64,000 nt of DNA from Haliotis cracherodii (Eukaryota), in assembly GCF_022045235.1 (NCBI RefSeq), contig NW_027266330.1, positions 31,682,001 to 31,746,000 of the forward strand, given 5' to 3'. Each line of letters starts with the position of its first letter. The first letter of the stretch is position 1. Below, piece after piece: positions 59,491 through 64,000 of this stretch. The notes beneath the pieces are model-generated. The model did no database searches and was not told the origin of the DNA. It saw nothing but the letters and a program-made list of their open reading frames with translations. The translations under genes and the position numbers were made by a program.

Positions 59491-60112
59491 ATGGATCCAG
59501 TTCAAGTTGCCATCAAGCTGAGACGACTCCTTATTGCCCACGACAATGCAGTGAAAGAGATCCTGACATTAGGTAAATATGAACTGTGCTCTTTTTCAGT
59601 CCCCTGCAAGCATTGCAATATCGGTATCACACTGAATTTTAGAATTGAACAAAATAAAATGATATTGTTGTGAACACATTTACCGAGATTTCTAATTACC
59701 CGTTTTATTGTTTTCAGATACCCAAGTCTACTATCTGATGCGGAAGATGACAGCCAACTCCTCCAACAACTGCATAATCCGAGGTGAACAGCTGATCCAG
59801 AGACGATGGGTGCTGGAAGGTGTCAAGGAGATGTTTACCATCTACAGACAACTCAAGTGGCAAGAGGTGCAAGCCTGTGTAAACGCCATCACCAAAGATG
59901 CTTCTGGAGAGAGTGACTCGGAGGCGGACTGGAATGCAGATACCTCTTTCAATGACGATGAAGCTTCCTTCACGGAACTCCTGTCCGACAGCTCATATAG
60001 TGAGGACGACGAAGACCAGGGAGACCTATACAGCAACGACAGCAGCTACGATATGACGACTCTCAGTCGAGCTTTGTCTGTAGACGACAGTGCACTTCAT
60101 AGAAACGCCTAA
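59491..60112 (+). CDS. Array gene copy 16, join(59491..59572,59718..60112)
   Basis: Same structure, intact. Confidence 0.85.
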
Positions 60113-60352
60113 GGGAAATCACAAGTCCCATCCACATCAACTAGTGCTGCATTTACCTTGTTATTCATTTTTTGTTATTGTACACAAATGTTGCCTGACA
60201 GTGTGCAAAGGGCATCCTATTATATTGTAAACCACATTTGTTTGTTGATGAATATGCTGAGGAAATAAATAATGAAGTCGATATTATAATCTTGATCATT
60301 TGCTGACACGCTCACGACATCTTGGAGACATCATTCGCATAGAAAGTTTGTG

Positions 60353-60393
<41 letters not shown>

Positions 60394-62049
60394 TAATTTG
60401 AGATGGTATCTCACAATACCAAGCCTTCCATCATTTTACTTGGTTCTGAGTATGGCAATCATTCGAAGATATCGTCCTTAATCTATTCTTTGAAATAGGA
60501 AAAGATACAGACTAATCAATTGAAATGAAACACATTAGGTATTGATGGAGAAGAAGAGATTCCAAGGTAATGGTTGCACCATAACATTAAATACAGTTTG
60601 GAGCGTTGCAATTCGTTTGCCCGTATCCATGCCGATCCTATAGCAAAAGGATTTAGACAGACGAACCACAACCCCATATGATATTCATCTGAGAGAGATA
60701 TATGCCAGGTTGTATTTCATATTATCAGAGCATTTAATTGTTTCTCTTTCTTTTTGCAATGTACATGCCCAAGTGCTTAAGGAGAGAGTCATGCATGTTA
60801 AAAAGTGTCAATGCACACAACATGCAAAACAAAAGGAAATTGAAACATTGACATCAACACAGGCCAAATAACATTTTTGATCCAAGTCAGCACTTGATGA
60901 ATACTATTCCCCTGAAAGCACTAAAAAGTAAAGATCAGAATATCCTGACATGAAACAGTGGGATTCTTTCAAAAACAATGCTAACAACGTGCTTATGTTT
61001 ATCTAGCAACATACTCCAATTTCCATCATGTGCTTTAACAGCATTCTGTATTCAAAGATATAAATCATGACACAGTGCTTTGTAATTCTCCCCAAAACAT
61101 GACAGTTATACACTGAAGATGATGTCTCTAGATCATTTAACACACATAAACTTTATTGTACATGCCTATTTATTTATATAGTAACCTTTTAAGTACCCGA
61201 CGTCCACCCAAAAGCTTCTAAGATGGTAAATATCCAGATACTTAAGCCAAATGAGCTGCTTCAATTATACCATGATGATGGTATTCATCAAAAATAGTAT
61301 TTGAAATGCTTCAAAACATACGTGCTGTATTTCGATCATGTAAGACGGGTTGGGAAAATGCTCAGATTAACATAGCATTTACGACCTCCAACAGATGTGT
61401 ACAATAAGTTCCAGATTTGACTGTACATGTATTCACTTTGCCTTTGCCTACCTGATTAAGGATTTTTTAGGATTGTGGACATGGTTTTCTCGGCTTTTTT
61501 AATTGAAACTAAACGTTCAGAGAAGCATGCATCAGACGATTTCCAAGCTGATAGAAGTTTCTGTGACTTGGTTTCTGTGGAAGCGAAAGTAACCACATCG
61601 GATTTTTAAGTAATACAATGTACTGCACCGTTTGATCAATCCCGATTTAATCAATTAACAATGATTGATAATCCCTGGAGATAACAGGACTAGATTGGTT
61701 GAACTCTTCTCAGACCTGTCCCTTTATACGGAAACTTGTTTTGACAAGAAGTTGATTGGTTTCTCAAGTGGACAGTGAGATTCCTTTCGGATCAAAGCCG
61801 AATGAAGTTGCAGTGTAGCTTTGATCTCGCCACTGGCTTCGAAAATGCTCTCTTTGATCTATAAATCTCTACTACTATGTTTATACTAAGGGTAAGTATA
61901 AATGTTTTGCAAGGACTGGAGTCCTTCACTGCATCTCAATCCGTGAGAACGAACACATCTACTTTCCAATTATCTAAATTTGGCGCTACTGAATTCCTGT
62001 AGTATTACATCCGACTGCATTCTAGTGTTGTGTCCGAAGGCCCTAGAAA

Positions 62050-62671
62050 ATGGATCCAGTTCAAGTTGCCATCAAGCTGAGACGACTCCTTATTGCCCAC
62101 GACAATGCAGTGAAAGAGATCCTGACATTAGGTAAATATGAACTGTGCTCTTTTTCAGTCCCCTGCAAGCATTGCAATATCGGTATCACACTGAATTTTA
62201 GAATTGAACAAAATAAAATGATATTGTTGTGAACACATTTACCGAGATTTCTAATTACCCGTTTTATTGTTTTCAGATACCCAAGTCTACTATCTGATGC
62301 GGAAGATGACAGCCAACTCCTCCAACAACTGCATAATCCGAGGTGAACAGCTGATCCAGAGACGATGGGTGCTGGAAGGTGTCAAGGAGATGTTTACCAT
62401 CTACAGACAACTCAAGTGGCAAGAGGTGCAAGCCTGTGTAAACGCCATCACCAAAGATGCTTCTGGAGAGAGTGATTCGGAGGCGGACTGGAATGCAGAT
62501 ACCTCTTTCAATGACGATGAAGCTTCCTTCACGGAACTCCTGTCCGACAGCTCATATAGTGAGGACGACGAAGACCAGGGAGACCTATACAGCAACGACA
62601 GCAGCTACGATATGACGACTCTCAGTCGAGCTTTGTCTGTAGACGACAGTGCACTTCATAGAAACGCCTAA
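62050..62671 (+). CDS. Array gene copy 17, join(62050..62131,62277..62671)
   Basis: Same structure, intact. Confidence 0.85.
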
Positions 62672-62911
62672 GGGAAATCACAAGTCCCATCCACATCAAC
62701 TAGTGCTGCATTTACCTTGTTATTCATTTTTTGTTATTGTACACAAATGTTGCCTGACAGTGTGCAAAGGGCATCCTATTATATTGTAAACCACATTTGT
62801 TTGTTGATGAATATGCTGAGGAAATAAATAATGAAGTCGATATTATAATCTTGATCATTTGCTGACACGCTCACGACATCTTGGAGACATCATTCGCATA
62901 GAAAGTTTGTG

Positions 62912-62956
<45 letters not shown>

Positions 62957-64000
62957 TAATTTGAGATGGTATCTCACAATACCAAGCCTTCCATCATTTT
63001 ACTTGGTTCTGAGTATGGCAATCATTCGAAGATATCGTCCTTAATCTATTCTTTGAAATAGGAAAAGATACAGACTAATCAATTGAAATGAAACACATTA
63101 GGTATTGATGGAGAAGAAGAGATTCCAAGGTAATGGTTGCACCATAACATTAAATACAGTTTGGAGCGTTGCAATTCGTTTGCCCGTATCCATGCCGATC
63201 CTATAGCAAAAGGATTTAGACAGACGAACCACAACCCCATATGATATTCATCTGAGAGAGATATATGCCAGGTTGTATTTCATATTATCAGAGCATTTAA
63301 TTGTTTCTCTTTCTTTTTGCAATGTACATGCCCAAGTGCTTAAGGAGAGAGTCATGCATGTTAAAAAGTGTCAATGCACACAACATGCAAAACAAAAGGA
63401 AATTGAAACATTGACATCAACACAGGCCAAATAACATTTTTGATCCAAGTCAGCACTTGATGAATACTATTCCCCTGAAAGCACTAAAAAGTAAAGATCA
63501 GAATATCCTGACATGAAACAGTGGGATTCTTTCAAAAACAATGCTAACAACGTGCTTATGTTTATCTAGCAACATACTCCAATTTCCATCATGTGCTTTA
63601 ACAGCATTCTGTATTCAAAGATATAAATCATGACACAGTGCTTTGTAATTCTCCCCAAAACATGACAGTTATACACTGAAGATGATGTCTCTAGATCATT
63701 TAACACACATAAACTTTATTGTACATGCCTATTTATTTATATAGTAACCTTTTAAGTACCCGACGTCCACCCAAAAGCTTCTAAGATGGTAAATATCCAG
63801 ATACTTAAGCCAAATGAGCTGCTTCAATTATACCATGATGATGGTATTCATCAAAAATAGTATTTGAAATGCTTCAAAACATACGTGCTGTATTTCGATC
63901 ATGTAAGACGGGTTGGGAAAATGCTCAGATTAACATAGCATTTACGACCTCCAACAGATGTGTACAATAAGTTCCAGATTTGACTGTACATGTATTCACT

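Larger units (their letters stand above)
1..64000 (+). repeat. Tandem gene array (macrosatellite), unit ~2.52-2.57 kb, 17 gene copies, interrupted by LINE insertions
   Basis: Near-identical units; ATG-to-ATG spacings of uninterrupted neighbours are 2518, 2532, 2532, 2559, 2548, 2569, 2561, 2569, 2555, 2549, 2549 and 2559 bp; the array runs off both window ends. Confidence 0.98.

Noticed and set aside
1-64000. CRISPR array, LTR element or prokaryotic retron/group II intron
   Set aside because: No short repeat-spacer structure, no LTRs or integrase; RT is flanked by APE and RNase H with TSDs and a simple-repeat tail, typical of eukaryotic LINEs

Overview
Eukaryotic, probably lophotrochozoan/molluscan DNA (host taxon is inferred from a SINE fragment and a protein motif, not proven). 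The whole window is a head-to-tail array of a ~2.52-2.57 kb unit. Each unit carries a small two-exon Pol II gene: CCAAT boxes, TATA, Inr, an 82-nt coding exon 1, a 145-nt GT-AG intron, exon 2 and AATAAA. The spliced product is a 158-aa helical protein with an acidic tail; there are 17 uninterrupted copies, which the ORF track splits into 60-aa and 134-aa pieces. Four copies of an I-group (I/Nimb-like) non-LTR retrotransposon interrupt the array. Each has a zinc-knuckle ORF1 (where retained), an APE-RT-RNase H-CCHC ORF2 and an (AAGT)n tail. All four 3' ends join the same nucleotide of the unit in the same orientation, inside the palindrome AAGGACT-GG-AGTCCTT between the host TATA box and Inr. 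In the insertions with an 11-bp TSD (TGGAGTCCTTC) the element's first base replaces the predicted host +1. The main finding is therefore a candidate sequence-specific I-group LINE that targets the transcription start site of a tandemly amplified protein-coding gene and may capture its promoter. Also present: a tandem double insertion, a chimeric 5' end with a SINE-like fragment, AUG-less ORF2 in both full-length copies, mosaic subfamilies, and one assembly gap.
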